Assembly (NCBI GenBank): GCA_963777315.1 | Contig: CAVZQC010000002.1 | Coordinates: forward strand, 672,001-736,000 | Direction of reading: 5' to 3' | Length of the DNA stretch: 64,000 nt | Source of the DNA: Vulcanimicrobiota bacterium | GTDB lineage: Bacteria > Vulcanimicrobiota > Vulcanimicrobiia > Vulcanimicrobiales > Vulcanimicrobiaceae | Notes under the pieces: model-generated | Seen by the model: the letters and a program-made list of their open reading frames with translations, nothing else | Told to the model about the DNA's origin: nothing | The model's database searches: none | Shown: positions 49,981 to 59,637 of the stretch, piece by piece | Layout: each line of letters opens with the position of its first letter | Position numbering within the stretch: the first letter of the stretch is position 1 | Position numbers and translations under genes: made by a program

Positions 49981-50074
49981 GGGAGAGTACGGGTCTGGTG
50001 GCCCGCACGGTCTTCAAAACCGCTGAGGCCGTCGCAAGGCGGCCGGTAGGTTCGATTCCTACACTTTCCCGCCA
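49981..50074 (+). tRNA. selC: tRNA-Sec (anticodon UCA)
   Basis: 8-bp acceptor GGGAGAGT/ACTTTCCC, anticodon loop CTTCAAA, long variable arm, 5-bp T stem GTAGG-TTCGATT-CCTAC, GCCA end; selA/selB in window. Confidence 0.96.
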
Positions 50075-50251
50075 GCCGCACGGCCCAACGACACGACCGA
50101 CGCGCTTTTCAGGGTGGGGCGCCATCCCGCCTCACGTTAGACGGCGTTATGGGTGCACATACTCGATCGGCTTGCAGGATCGCAAAATGGAGTACATCGA
50201 GACGCACATCAAGGAAATCAGCCCGCAAGTTCTTATAACGCCGTAGAGCCC

Positions 50252-51139
50252 ATGGCAGACTTCACCCTTTCGAATGCTGCCGGAGCGCACGTTACGCTGG
50301 CGACGCTCGGAGCTGCCATTACGGGAATCTTCGTGCCCGACAAAATTGGGCGCTTGGCAGACGTCACCGTCCCCGCCGGAGCGAGCGCAGGCAAGACGAT
50401 CGGACGCTACGCCAACCGCATCGCGCGCGGGCAGCTTTCGTTGGACGGCACGACCTATGCGCTCGCGCTAAACGAAGGACGGAACACCCTTCACGGCGGC
50501 CCGGATGGTTTCTCCAAACGCGAATGGTCCATCGTCGAGCGTACGGACTCGTCGATTGAATTTCTGCTACGCAGTCCCGACGGAGATCAGGGCTTCCCCG
50601 GAGCAATGGAATGTCACGTTCGCTACAGGTGGAACGCCAGCAACGAATTATCCTTGGAGTATGCGGCCACAACCGACGCACCGACGGTCATCAACCTCAC
50701 CAATCACGTCTATTTTAACCTGAGCGCCGGAAAAAGCGCCGACATATCGCAGCACGAGCTGCAGATCGCGGCATCGGCATACACGCCGCTGGACGGCGAA
50801 CTCATACCGACGGGAGAAATCGCCGGAGTTCAAGGCACGGCATTCGATTTTCGTACGATGCGGCCGATCGGCGATCGCATGTACGACTGCAACTTCGTTT
50901 TGGACGGTTGGACCGGCAATCTCGCGTACGCCGCCCAGGCGCGGGATCCGCTGTCGGGCCGATGCGTGGTCGTGAAAACAACGCAGCCGGGTCTGCAACT
51001 GTATACCGGCAAGCCGGGAGCATTTGCGTTAGAAACGCAGCACTTCGCCGACGCGCCGCACCATCCGAATTTCCCCACGACCGTGCTGCGCCCGGGGGAA
51101 ACGTTTCGCGCGACCACCGTATACGGATTCACCGCCTGA
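50252..51139 (+). CDS. galM: aldose 1-epimerase
   Basis: 'IGRYANRI', 'LHGG', 'NLTNHVYFNL', 'LETQHF'. Confidence 0.93.
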   Translation: MADFTLSNAAGAHVTLATLGAAITGIFVPDKIGRLADVTVPAGASAGKTIGRYANRIARGQLSLDGTTYALALNEGRNTLHGGPDGFSKREWSIVERTDSSIEFLLRSPDGDQGFPGAMECHVRYRWNASNELSLEYAATTDAPTVINLTNHVYFNLSAGKSADISQHELQIAASAYTPLDGELIPTGEIAGVQGTAFDFRTMRPIGDRMYDCNFVLDGWTGNLAYAAQARDPLSGRCVVVKTTQPGLQLYTGKPGAFALETQHFADAPHHPNFPTTVLRPGETFRATTVYGFTA

Positions 51140-51182
51140 CGATCGGAATGTCCGCCTGACCGGCGCAGCGAAACGCCCCACC

Positions 51183-52853
51183 GTGTCGGAATACATCTAT
51201 CAAATGTATCGCGTCGGCAAGACGGTCCCGCCGAAGCGAACGATCCTCAAAGACATCTCGCTCAGTTTCTTTGCCGGCGCGAAGATCGGCATCATCGGGC
51301 TCAACGGCGCCGGAAAATCGTCGCTGCTGCGAATCATGGCCGGCGTCGACACCGAATTCGAAGGCGAGGCCAAGCCGATGCCGGGCATCTCGATCGGCTA
51401 TCTCGAGCAAGAGCCAAAGCTCGATCCCGGCAAAACCGTTCGGCAAACGGTGGAAGAGGCTTTAAGCGAGATTTTTTCCGCGCGTAAGCGCCTGGAAGCC
51501 GTTTACGCCGCATACGGTGATGAGGGCGCCGACTTCGACAAACTCGCGCAAGAGCAAGCCGAACTCGAAGCGATTCTGGCTTCGCAGGATGCCGATACGC
51601 TCGATCTGCAGCTGGAGATCGCCGCCGACGCGCTGCGCCTTCCGCCGTGGGACGCAACCGTCGGACCGCTGTCGGGCGGCGAAAAGCGCCGTGTCGCGCT
51701 GTGCAGGCTGCTGCTCTCCAAACCCGACATGCTGCTGCTGGATGAGCCCACCAATCACTTGGACGCCGAGAGCGTCGAATGGCTCGAACAATTCTTGCAG
51801 CGCTTTGCGGGAACCGTCGTCGCCGTAACGCACGATCGCTATTTTTTGGATAATGCGGCCGGCTGGATATTGGAGCTCGACCGCGGGCGCGGTATTCCGT
51901 GGAAGGGCAATTACAGCTCGTGGCTGGATCAGAAGCAGGAGCGGCTTGCTGCAGAGGAAGCAGCGGAAAGCGCGCGTCAGAAGGCGCTCAAGCGCGAACT
52001 CGAATGGGTGCGGTCGTCGTCCCGGGCCCGTCAATCCAAGAACAAAAGCCGGATGCTTCGTTTCGAAGAGCTCTCGAGCTACGAACACCAGCGCCGCAAC
52101 GAAACGCAGGAGATATTCATCCCCGTTGCCGATCGCCTAGGCGATCGCGTGGTCGAAGTGACGAACGTCCGCAAAGCGTACGGCGACCGGCTTCTTATGG
52201 ACGACGTATCGTTTCGTGTGCCGCCCGGTGCGATCGTAGGCATCATCGGGCCCAACGGCGCAGGCAAATCGACGCTGTTCCGCATGATCTCGGGCAAAGA
52301 GCAACCCGACGCGGGCGAGATATTCATCGGGCCGACGGCGCACCTCGCGGTCGTCGATCAGAGCCGCGAAGCGCTGCAAAACGATAAAACGGTATTCGGC
52401 GAAGTCAGCGGCGGCCTCGACGTTCTGCGCATCGGACGCTTCGAGATGTCGTCGCGCGCGTATCTGAGCCGTTTCAACTTCAAAGGCGGAGACCAGCAAA
52501 AGCCCGTCGGCAATCTGTCCGGCGGCGAGCGCGGCCGTTTGCACCTGGCCAAGACGCTGCTCGCCGGTGCAAACGTGCTGCTGCTCGACGAACCGTCCAA
52601 CGACCTCGACGTCGAAACGCTGCGCGCGCTCGAAGACGCGCTCAGTGAGTTTGCGGGAACGGTTTTGGTCGTCAGCCACGATCGCTGGTTCCTCGATCGG
52701 ATCGCGACCCATATCTTGGCCTTCGAAGACGAGTCGCGCGTGTATTTCTTTGAAGGCAATTATCACGAGTACGAGCAGAACAAACTCGAGCGCCTGGGCG
52801 AAGAAGCGTCGCGCCCGCATCGCATTCGCTACAAGCCGCTCACGCTAAAATAG
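51183..52853 (+). CDS. ettA: energy-dependent translational throttle protein (ABC-F)
   Basis: 'ILKDISLSFFAGAKIG', two ABC cassettes, 'PWKGNYSSWL', 'PHRIRYK'. Confidence 0.95.
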   Translation: MSEYIYQMYRVGKTVPPKRTILKDISLSFFAGAKIGIIGLNGAGKSSLLRIMAGVDTEFEGEAKPMPGISIGYLEQEPKLDPGKTVRQTVEEALSEIFSARKRLEAVYAAYGDEGADFDKLAQEQAELEAILASQDADTLDLQLEIAADALRLPPWDATVGPLSGGEKRRVALCRLLLSKPDMLLLDEPTNHLDAESVEWLEQFLQRFAGTVVAVTHDRYFLDNAAGWILELDRGRGIPWKGNYSSWLDQKQERLAAEEAAESARQKALKRELEWVRSSSRARQSKNKSRMLRFEELSSYEHQRRNETQEIFIPVADRLGDRVVEVTNVRKAYGDRLLMDDVSFRVPPGAIVGIIGPNGAGKSTLFRMISGKEQPDAGEIFIGPTAHLAVVDQSREALQNDKTVFGEVSGGLDVLRIGRFEMSSRAYLSRFNFKGGDQQKPVGNLSGGERGRLHLAKTLLAGANVLLLDEPSNDLDVETLRALEDALSEFAGTVLVVSHDRWFLDRIATHILAFEDESRVYFFEGNYHEYEQNKLERLGEEASRPHRIRYKPLTLK

Positions 52854-52865
52854 AAGGGACACCGC

Positions 52866-54413
52866 ATGATTGGCGCGCGCGCTTTGTCGCTGCTTGGACT
52901 TGTCGCCGTGCTGGGAGCGGCGTCCGTGGCCCGCGCGGTGCAGGTGCCGCAGGCACAGATCGACGCCGAGAATGCGCGCTGGGCTTCGCTGGGCGTCCGC
53001 TTGCCGCCGGGCGGAATCGTTTTGCGCGAGCCGTACAAAGCGCCGTACTCGAATCGTTCGTTCGTCGTACCCTTTGGCTGGTACCGGCAGTTTTACAACC
53101 GGATGCGCGCTCGCCACGACTATCCCGTGCGCGCCGGCGCCTTACGCGCAGACTTGCCCACATTGCGCTTGCTGATGGAGAAAACGTACGCAGGATACGG
53201 CACTGCGGCGGCCCGCGGATGGAACTGGAGTGGGTGGTTTCGCCGATGGGATCGAGATCTCGCGGCTCGCGGGGACGCGACGCTTTCGCTGCGCCAGGCC
53301 TTTGCGCCGTGGGGCCGTTTGGAAGACGCGCAACTCGACAACCACTCGGGCGTACCGGACCTCATGGCGTTTACGAGCGGCTCGACCAGCGCCGTGCTCG
53401 CGCAGCGGCCGAACGCAGCGTGTACGGCAATCCGTATGAGCGATGGGCAGACGCTCGCGCTTTCGGTGCACGATCCCGGCCAGCAGCCGCACGCAGTTTC
53501 TCAGTGGAATGATACGGCCTTTGCGCAGGCATGGTACGTAAGCTTTCCCAAGCGCGACGGTTCTCCGTCGCAACTCCAATGTGGCTCGCAGTCGATTGCG
53601 CTGCAGCCCGTTGCAGCATCCCGCGCTCCAGGGGACAAGCCGGCTTATGAAAGCTGGGCCGACGGCATCGCCTACGTCCGCATGCCGACGTTCAGCGATG
53701 CGAACGACGATGCGTTGCGCGCCGCGCTGGCCAAGGCTCCGAACCTGGGCAAAGAGCGCGCGGTCTTGCTCGATCTGCGCGGAAACGAGGGCGGTAACGC
53801 TCCGATGGACCTGTTGACGAACTGGTTCGCGCAAAGTGCGATCGATCAGGCCGCATCGCCCAGCTCGCAATACGGGACGCAGTCGTGTTTTCGCACGGCG
53901 CTTTTCTTCGGGCTGCAGCAGCAGCTCGCTTCGGGCCTTAAGCCGCCCGTTTCAGACGCACCGCAGCTTCACGAGATGCTGCAGCAGATCGTCGATCCGC
54001 TTGCCGGGCCGTCGAACTGCGAAATCGAGCCGACGGTTCAACGGGGCGATCACAGCCTGCGCGATCACCGCTTCTCAGCCGCGCCGACGCCTGCGGGGCA
54101 AACGCGCGTGATTGCAATCGTCGACGGCGGGTGCGGGAGCGATTGCGAGTACATGACGTACGTGCTGGCGGGTTTGCCCGATACGGTCATTGCCGGAAGC
54201 AGCACGTACGGCGTCATGGGCTTTACGCAGCCGGGCTACTTCGTACTGCCGCACTCACGCGTTCCGTTTCGGCTCGCACTGAGCCGTACGGACGCGTACG
54301 GGGACGGGCGCTCCGTGGACGGCTACGGAATCACGGTGGACGTCTTGCTCGCGTCGGCACAATCGCAGAGCCGTGATTCGCTCGTTGCGCTCGCTCGCAT
54401 GCTCTCGCGCTGA
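52866..54413 (+). CDS. secreted S41 family peptidase-like protein
   Basis: Signal peptide; 'IAYVRMPTF', 'LLDLRGNEGG', 'CGSDCE', 'GYGITVDV'. Confidence 0.75.
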   Translation: MIGARALSLLGLVAVLGAASVARAVQVPQAQIDAENARWASLGVRLPPGGIVLREPYKAPYSNRSFVVPFGWYRQFYNRMRARHDYPVRAGALRADLPTLRLLMEKTYAGYGTAAARGWNWSGWFRRWDRDLAARGDATLSLRQAFAPWGRLEDAQLDNHSGVPDLMAFTSGSTSAVLAQRPNAACTAIRMSDGQTLALSVHDPGQQPHAVSQWNDTAFAQAWYVSFPKRDGSPSQLQCGSQSIALQPVAASRAPGDKPAYESWADGIAYVRMPTFSDANDDALRAALAKAPNLGKERAVLLDLRGNEGGNAPMDLLTNWFAQSAIDQAASPSSQYGTQSCFRTALFFGLQQQLASGLKPPVSDAPQLHEMLQQIVDPLAGPSNCEIEPTVQRGDHSLRDHRFSAAPTPAGQTRVIAIVDGGCGSDCEYMTYVLAGLPDTVIAGSSTYGVMGFTQPGYFVLPHSRVPFRLALSRTDAYGDGRSVDGYGITVDVLLASAQSQSRDSLVALARMLSR

Positions 54414-54499
54414 GAACGCTTCCCCTGCGTTTCGAAGCACATGCTTGGTCTCGCTTGCTCGTGCGTTCGGCATAGTACAGTTCTTTTTTAAAATTATAC

Positions 54500-54528
54500 T
54501 TGCTTTTTAAAAGTTAACGTGGTACAGT
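54500..54528 (+). promoter_or_regulatory. sigma70-type promoter with extended -10 and AT-rich upstream tract
   Basis: TTGCTT-17bp-TACAGT, TGn before -10, in a conspicuously AT-rich patch. Confidence 0.6.
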
Positions 54529-54624
54529 CCGCCTATAGTCACGAACGCTCCTCCAACACCGTTCGATTCTCACGCCTTTCTTCAGCGCAAACCTTTCAAA
54601 ATCTTGAACGCAAAAGGAGACGAA

Positions 54625-55083
54625 ATGAATACCGACACAACCGCGACCCGCACCATTTCATCGCAAACGCAGCAAGCCGTGCAGCTGCGGCCATACCTGT
54701 TTCTCTACGGACGCTGCGAAGAAGCGCTGGAGTTTTACAAGAGCGTCTTCGGAGGCACGTACGAAATTATGCGGATGAAAGATTCCCCGATGCGCGATCA
54801 GGCTTCCGGCGATGCCGGGCAGCGCGTGATGCACGCATCGTTCACCGCACCGGGAGTGAGCCTGCAGGCCTCCGACGGACGAGACGTCAAGGCCGTCGAT
54901 CCGGATGCAGGCAACATCTCGCTTTCGCTCAACATCACGGACAAGGCGCAAGGCGAGCGCATCTTCAACGCGCTCTCGCAAGGCGGAAAGATCACGATGC
55001 CCTTGGAGGATGCGTTTTGGGGAGGCCGCTTCGGCAGCGTTGAGGATCGCTTCGGCACGGAATGGCTGATTGCCGCTCCTTAG
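54625..55083 (+). CDS. PhnB/YjdN-type VOC family protein
   Basis: 'PYLFLYGRCEEALEFYKSVFG', 'VMHA', 'FWGGRFG.V.DRFG..W'; AAGGAG RBS. Confidence 0.9.
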   Translation: MNTDTTATRTISSQTQQAVQLRPYLFLYGRCEEALEFYKSVFGGTYEIMRMKDSPMRDQASGDAGQRVMHASFTAPGVSLQASDGRDVKAVDPDAGNISLSLNITDKAQGERIFNALSQGGKITMPLEDAFWGGRFGSVEDRFGTEWLIAAP

Positions 55084-55094
55084 GAAGAGATTCC

Positions 55095-55922
55095 CTAAAA
55101 CAATAACGTCGCAAATTCGCCGACTCGCCGAAAGCCGACCCGATCGTACAGTGCCAGCGCCGATGCATTAAAGCCGTTCACGTACAAGCTCAGCGATGGC
55201 ACTTCCTCGAGCAGCTCGTCGCAAACGCCGTACAGCGCCGCGGTGGCCAGCCCGCGCCCCCGCAGCGCCGGCGGCGTCCAAATGCCCTGCAACTGCAGGG
55301 TCTTGGCGTTGTGCGGTCCGGCGTTGCAGAAAAAGCATAGGTCTGCGTTGCGTTCCCCGATCCACCACAGTCCACGATCGATCATGATCCGCACGTTTGC
55401 GTCGAATTCGGCGGCGGCGCGGCGCGGATCGTATTCCAGTTCCTGCTCGATCATCGCTGCGGAGTTGTTCGCGACGGCTTGCCACTGATCCGGGCGCGCC
55501 CGTCTCACGCGCACTCCGTCGCGCGCGCCGCGCAGCGTACTGCGGTCCACGGCCAGCAGGGGCTGGCTTTCACGAACGAGCCTAGGGGCCGCGTGCCACG
55601 GACGCACGAGCTCCCAGTAGCGCTCGACCGTTGCGCGCGGAGCCACGATCATGCGTTCGAAGCGATGCTCGCGCGCCGCGGCGGCAAAGGCTGCGATGAC
55701 GGCGTCTTCGTTGGCCGCAAGCACGACCTGCCGGCCGAAAAATGCCACTCCGCGAACATTCGCATCGCGGTCACTATAAACGAACAGTGCCGAACGCGTG
55801 ACCGGCGCCCGATCGAAGGCGATGAGCCACGAGAGGAACACATTGTCGAATGGCGCGCTCGCGAGATAGTCGAGCGCCGGCCCTTCGTGCGCGCGCGTAA
55901 GCCGCTGCACGCCCGATTGCAT
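55095..55922 (-). CDS. GNAT family acetyltransferase (DUF4081/FR47-like)
   Basis: 'QLQGIWTPPALRGRGLA', 'SLYVNGFNASALALYDRVGF'. Confidence 0.88.
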   Translation of the reverse strand: MQSGVQRLTRAHEGPALDYLASAPFDNVFLSWLIAFDRAPVTRSALFVYSDRDANVRGVAFFGRQVVLAANEDAVIAAFAAAAREHRFERMIVAPRATVERYWELVRPWHAAPRLVRESQPLLAVDRSTLRGARDGVRVRRARPDQWQAVANNSAAMIEQELEYDPRRAAAEFDANVRIMIDRGLWWIGERNADLCFFCNAGPHNAKTLQLQGIWTPPALRGRGLATAALYGVCDELLEEVPSLSLYVNGFNASALALYDRVGFRRVGEFATLLF

Positions 55923-56701
55923 CAGGTGAATTTGAGAACGAACATCGGCTTGCCGGTGGGCTGTTTGCTGCCCCCGTCGGGTTCCACGCTCACGGCAGAC
56001 TCTACGACGTGCACCGCGCCGACCGGAATCGGCACGACGGCCACGCCCGAATGGTTCGGCACGAACGTTACCGACGGCGACATGCGCGCGGCGCCGGCGT
56101 GCATCATCCAAGCCTGATACACCTTTCCTTTGGGCGGCTGCGGCAAAGCGTCCATGGCGATGTAAATTCGGCTGCCGTGGCGCACCACTTCGCCGTGCGC
56201 AACCTCGAAGCGCTCGGAATCGGGCGAGACCAAGTCCGCGAGCGCGGTGCGCTGATGCGCCAGCTCGCGGGTGATCTGCGCGTTGTGCAGGTTGATTTGC
56301 GAAAGCGCACCCTGCGTTTGGCGCAGGTCCGAGTTCAACGAGATGTTGACGATGCCGGTAATGAGCGCAGCCGCAAGGCATGCGGCCGCAACCGCGTAAG
56401 CGGGCCAGACGATCGGCCGTACGGCGCGCATTTCGCCCACGTTGGGCCGAATCTGGCGCATGATGCGTTTTTTGAGCAGCGGTCCGGGCGGCGCAACCGA
56501 ATCGGCTGCGCTGGCCGCATCGGGACAGGCTTCCGCCGAAAGCCCCAGCGCGCCGGTGAGCGGCGCGAGCAGTCGATATTCTTGCCGGCATTGCGCGCAC
56601 GTTTCCAAATGCGCGCGGACCGCTTGGGCTTGCGCAGGCGGCAGCGCGCCCAGCGCATACACCGCGACGTCGTCGAGCATGGCGTCGTGCGCGCTCGTCA
56701 C
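55922..56701 (-). CDS. anti-sigma factor RskA-like (zinc finger, TM, RskA_C)
   Basis: 'YALGAL...HLETCAQC', TM helix, 'GKVYQAW', 'AVSVEPDGGSKQPT'. Confidence 0.9.
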   Translation of the reverse strand: MTSAHDAMLDDVAVYALGALPPAQAQAVRAHLETCAQCRQEYRLLAPLTGALGLSAEACPDAASAADSVAPPGPLLKKRIMRQIRPNVGEMRAVRPIVWPAYAVAAACLAAALITGIVNISLNSDLRQTQGALSQINLHNAQITRELAHQRTALADLVSPDSERFEVAHGEVVRHGSRIYIAMDALPQPPKGKVYQAWMMHAGAARMSPSVTFVPNHSGVAVVPIPVGAVHVVESAVSVEPDGGSKQPTGKPMFVLKFT

Positions 56702-57231
56702 ACGGTCACCGTTCCCTCGAGCATGCCGCGAAGCCGGCGCAGCCCCGAACGAATGCGCGTTTTGACGGTGCCCAGCGGAGTGCCGGTTCGCCGCGCGATC
56801 TCCTCGTGGGTGATGCCGCCGAAGAAGCCGAGTTCGATGGGGTCGCGCTGTTCGGCGGGCAGTTGTTTGAGCGCGGCGCGCACGTGAGCGGCGTCGATTG
56901 CGGCAAAGGCACGTTCTTCGAACGGGTCGTCATCGGGTTGCTCCTCGGGCAGCTCCTGCGAGGTGCGATGCTTGGTGCGAAGCAGATCGAGCGTCCTGTT
57001 ACGCGTGATGCGAACGATCCACGCGCTGAAATTCCCTGAAACGAACAGCTGCGGCGCGCTCCAAATTTTGAGGAACACCGCTTGGGTGACGTCTTCGGAC
57101 GCCGAGGCATCGCCGAGCATGCGGAATGCGACGCCGTACACCAACCGGTGATATGCGTCGTACAGCGCTTCGAAAGCGGCCGAGTCGCGTGCGCGCACGC
57201 GCGCCATGAGCCGGTCGGCGTCTTCCACCAA
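56698..57231 (-). CDS. ECF RNA polymerase sigma factor (SigK-like)
   Basis: 'AFEALYD', 'EDVTQAVFLKIW', 'EIA...PLGTVKTRIRSGL'; start uncertain. Confidence 0.92.
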   Translation of the reverse strand: MVEDADRLMARVRARDSAAFEALYDAYHRLVYGVAFRMLGDASASEDVTQAVFLKIWSAPQLFVSGNFSAWIVRITRNRTLDLLRTKHRTSQELPEEQPDDDPFEERAFAAIDAAHVRAALKQLPAEQRDPIELGFFGGITHEEIARRTGTPLGTVKTRIRSGLRRLRGMLEGTVTV

Positions 57232-57269
57232 GGCCAGTTTCGCTTCATCGCCGCCTGCGCACTCCTTAA

Positions 57270-57296
57270 TAACGCCGCAACCCGAGTCGTGGATGA
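57270..57296 (-). promoter_or_regulatory. putative autoregulatory ECF promoter
   Basis: Minus strand TCATCC-16bp-CGTTA just upstream of the sigma gene, resembling SigK-type CATCC/CGTA promoters. Confidence 0.5.
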
Positions 57297-57346
57297 TCCC
57301 GTGGCTCTGCGGGGAGTTGGCGAAGCCTCGTCGTAGGTCGCGCTTC

Positions 57347-57739
57347 GTGGAACCCTCGCAGCCGACGGCCGCCCAAATCCCCAACTTTGCCGGTTACACG
57401 ACCGAAGAGAACCGGCGTACCGCCGACGAGCAGGTCCGTGGGTTTGTCGGTGAACGGCTCGCCAATCTGCCGGCAAGCTCGATCGATGCTCTGTCCGCCG
57501 ACGAACGTGCCCGCTACGATCGCGTGCTGCTGCATTGCGAGTTTTTGAACCAGGGAGCGTTTCACGTTTTCGACCGCGTCGTTACGCAGGAAAGCTTGGA
57601 TCCCATCGTGAGGATCGACGCGGAGCTGGTGGCGGCCGCATCCGAGATACCCGGTGCGCAAAGCGAACAGCTTGGCGCCATACTCGAGCGTTTGGAAAAC
57701 CTGTTCGAACGGCGCGATCGAGCGATGCTCCACGAATGA
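57347..57739 (+). CDS. hypothetical helical protein
   Basis: 'IPNFAGY...RRTADEQVR'; ATGA overlap with GH20; start uncertain. Confidence 0.65.
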   Translation: MEPSQPTAAQIPNFAGYTTEENRRTADEQVRGFVGERLANLPASSIDALSADERARYDRVLLHCEFLNQGAFHVFDRVVTQESLDPIVRIDAELVAAASEIPGAQSEQLGAILERLENLFERRDRAMLHE

Positions 57740-59637
57740 TATTCGCAGCGGCGACGCTCGCCGCTTTGCACCTGCTGCCGCGTCCGCGAACCGTTGTCTT
57801 CACGGCGGGGGCGCGGCCGTTCGCGCTGACTCGGCCGCTGCGCGTCGATTCCGGTTTCGACCGCGGCGCGCTCGAGGAGATCGACGAACGCTGGCGCGCC
57901 CTGGGCATCGCGGCCCCGATTCGTTCATCCTCCCCTGACGTAACCGTGGAGCACGCCGCCTTGCCTGCGCAGGCGTATCGCTTGCGCATCGATCCGGCCG
58001 GCCGCGTGCGAATTCAGGCCGGCGATTCCGACGGCGCTTTTTACGCCGCGATGACGCTCATGCAGCTGCCGCAGCGCAGCGGTTCGGGCTGGATCCTTCC
58101 GTGCGCGCGAATCGACGACGCGCCCGCGCTGCGCTGGCGAATACTTTCCGACGACGTTTCGCGCGGACCACTGCCGAACATGCGCTATTTCAAGGAGCGC
58201 ATCCGCACCATCGCGGCGTTCAAAATGAACGGCTACTCGCCGTACATGGAACACGTGTTCGTGGATCCGCACGACCCGCTGCCCGCACCTTTGGACGGTA
58301 TCACGCCCGCGCAGCTGCGCGATCTGAACGCCTATGCCGCTCGGTTTCATGTAACCTTCATTCCGGAGCAGCAAACTTTTGCGCATATGCACAACACGCT
58401 GCGCTTGGAACGCTACGCGAGTGCCGCGGAAGAACCGCACGGTTTTTTGCTCAGCCCGGCATCGCCGGTTTCACTGCAATACAGCACGCAACTCGTCCGG
58501 GACGAACTGGCCGTACTGGGTCATCCCCCCTTCTTTCACATCGGCTCGGATGAAACATCGACGCTGGGACAAGGGCAGAGCAAGTCGCTGGTAAGCCGGC
58601 GCGGGCTTGCGCAGGTGTACGCCGACCACATCAACGCGATGAACGACGTCCTCAAACCTTCGGGCGCGCGCATCATGCTCTGGGACGACGGCATTGAGAA
58701 GGATCCGTCGATCATGCGTCTGATCCCGCAAAACGCCGTCATCGTGAACTGGCACTACGGCACCGAGTCCAGTTTCATGCGATACATCTCGCTGATTGCA
58801 AGCGGCGGCTTCGATCAGATGGTGGCGCCGGGCGACAGCAACTGGAATCAAATCTACCCCGACATCAACGCTGCCTTAAAAAACGAACGGACGTTCATCA
58901 ACGAAGGCAAACGCGCGCGGGTGCTGGGCCTATTTCAAACGGTTTGGCACGACGACGGCGAGACGCTATTCGAAGCAACCTGGTATCCGGTGATTTACGC
59001 CGCCGTCAGCGCCTGGGAGCAACCCAGCGTCGACACGCAGCGGTTCGCGAGCGATTTCCCGGTGGCGTTCTTCGGCAGCGCGGATCCCCGGTACGTGCGC
59101 GATTTCGCCGATTTGGCCGACATTCAATCAGAGCTGGCCGACGCCTACGATTATACGAGCAACTATTTGATGTGGGCCGATCCGTTCGATCCGTTGGCCG
59201 TCGGGCACGTGCGCACGGTCGACGTTGCGTCGGTGCGGCGCAAAGCCGAAGCGATCGAACTGCATCTCATCGCAAATGCGCCGCCGCTGCACCCCAACGC
59301 AGCCCGCGTCATGTTTTTAGCGGCGCGCAAGTATGACTTCATCGGGCGAAAATTTCAAGCGGCCCAAGAGATCGCCCACTATTACGGGCCCTCGTATCGC
59401 GGGCTCGCGTGGGCGAAGTACTGGTTTTGGGAACTGCGCGACGGTTACGAGGAACTGGAACCGCTCTACGCGGCAGCCTGGCGGTACGAAGATCGAAACA
59501 GCCATTTGGCGAGCAACTTGGAGCGGTACCATGTCGCCGCTGCGCGCAACATCGCGCGCGCCGACGGCGTGGTGCGCGCCACGCTGCAATACACCGCGAC
59601 GAAACATCTCGTTCCACTATCCGACATCTTGCGATGA
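57736..59637 (+). CDS. GH20 beta-N-acetylhexosaminidase-like
   Basis: 'QAYRL', 'IDDAP...R...DDVSRG', 'FHIGSDE', 'MLWDD', 'VNWHY'. Confidence 0.9.
   Translation: MIFAAATLAALHLLPRPRTVVFTAGARPFALTRPLRVDSGFDRGALEEIDERWRALGIAAPIRSSSPDVTVEHAALPAQAYRLRIDPAGRVRIQAGDSDGAFYAAMTLMQLPQRSGSGWILPCARIDDAPALRWRILSDDVSRGPLPNMRYFKERIRTIAAFKMNGYSPYMEHVFVDPHDPLPAPLDGITPAQLRDLNAYAARFHVTFIPEQQTFAHMHNTLRLERYASAAEEPHGFLLSPASPVSLQYSTQLVRDELAVLGHPPFFHIGSDETSTLGQGQSKSLVSRRGLAQVYADHINAMNDVLKPSGARIMLWDDGIEKDPSIMRLIPQNAVIVNWHYGTESSFMRYISLIASGGFDQMVAPGDSNWNQIYPDINAALKNERTFINEGKRARVLGLFQTVWHDDGETLFEATWYPVIYAAVSAWEQPSVDTQRFASDFPVAFFGSADPRYVRDFADLADIQSELADAYDYTSNYLMWADPFDPLAVGHVRTVDVASVRRKAEAIELHLIANAPPLHPNAARVMFLAARKYDFIGRKFQAAQEIAHYYGPSYRGLAWAKYWFWELRDGYEELEPLYAAAWRYEDRNSHLASNLERYHVAAARNIARADGVVRATLQYTATKHLVPLSDILR

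Noticed and set aside
50075..50250. Short ORFs downstream of tRNA-Sec
   Set aside because: No RBS or recognisable motif; cannot be supported without conservation data.
54255..54473. 72-aa minus-strand ORF divergent from the AT-rich promoter
   Set aside because: Mostly antisense to the S41 gene, no RBS, no motif.
54560..54582. GTTCGATTC...CTTTC resembling the selC 3' end (possible attR of an island at tRNA-Sec)
   Set aside because: Only 9 contiguous matches, no integrase, and the intervening genes (galM, ettA) are housekeeping-like.
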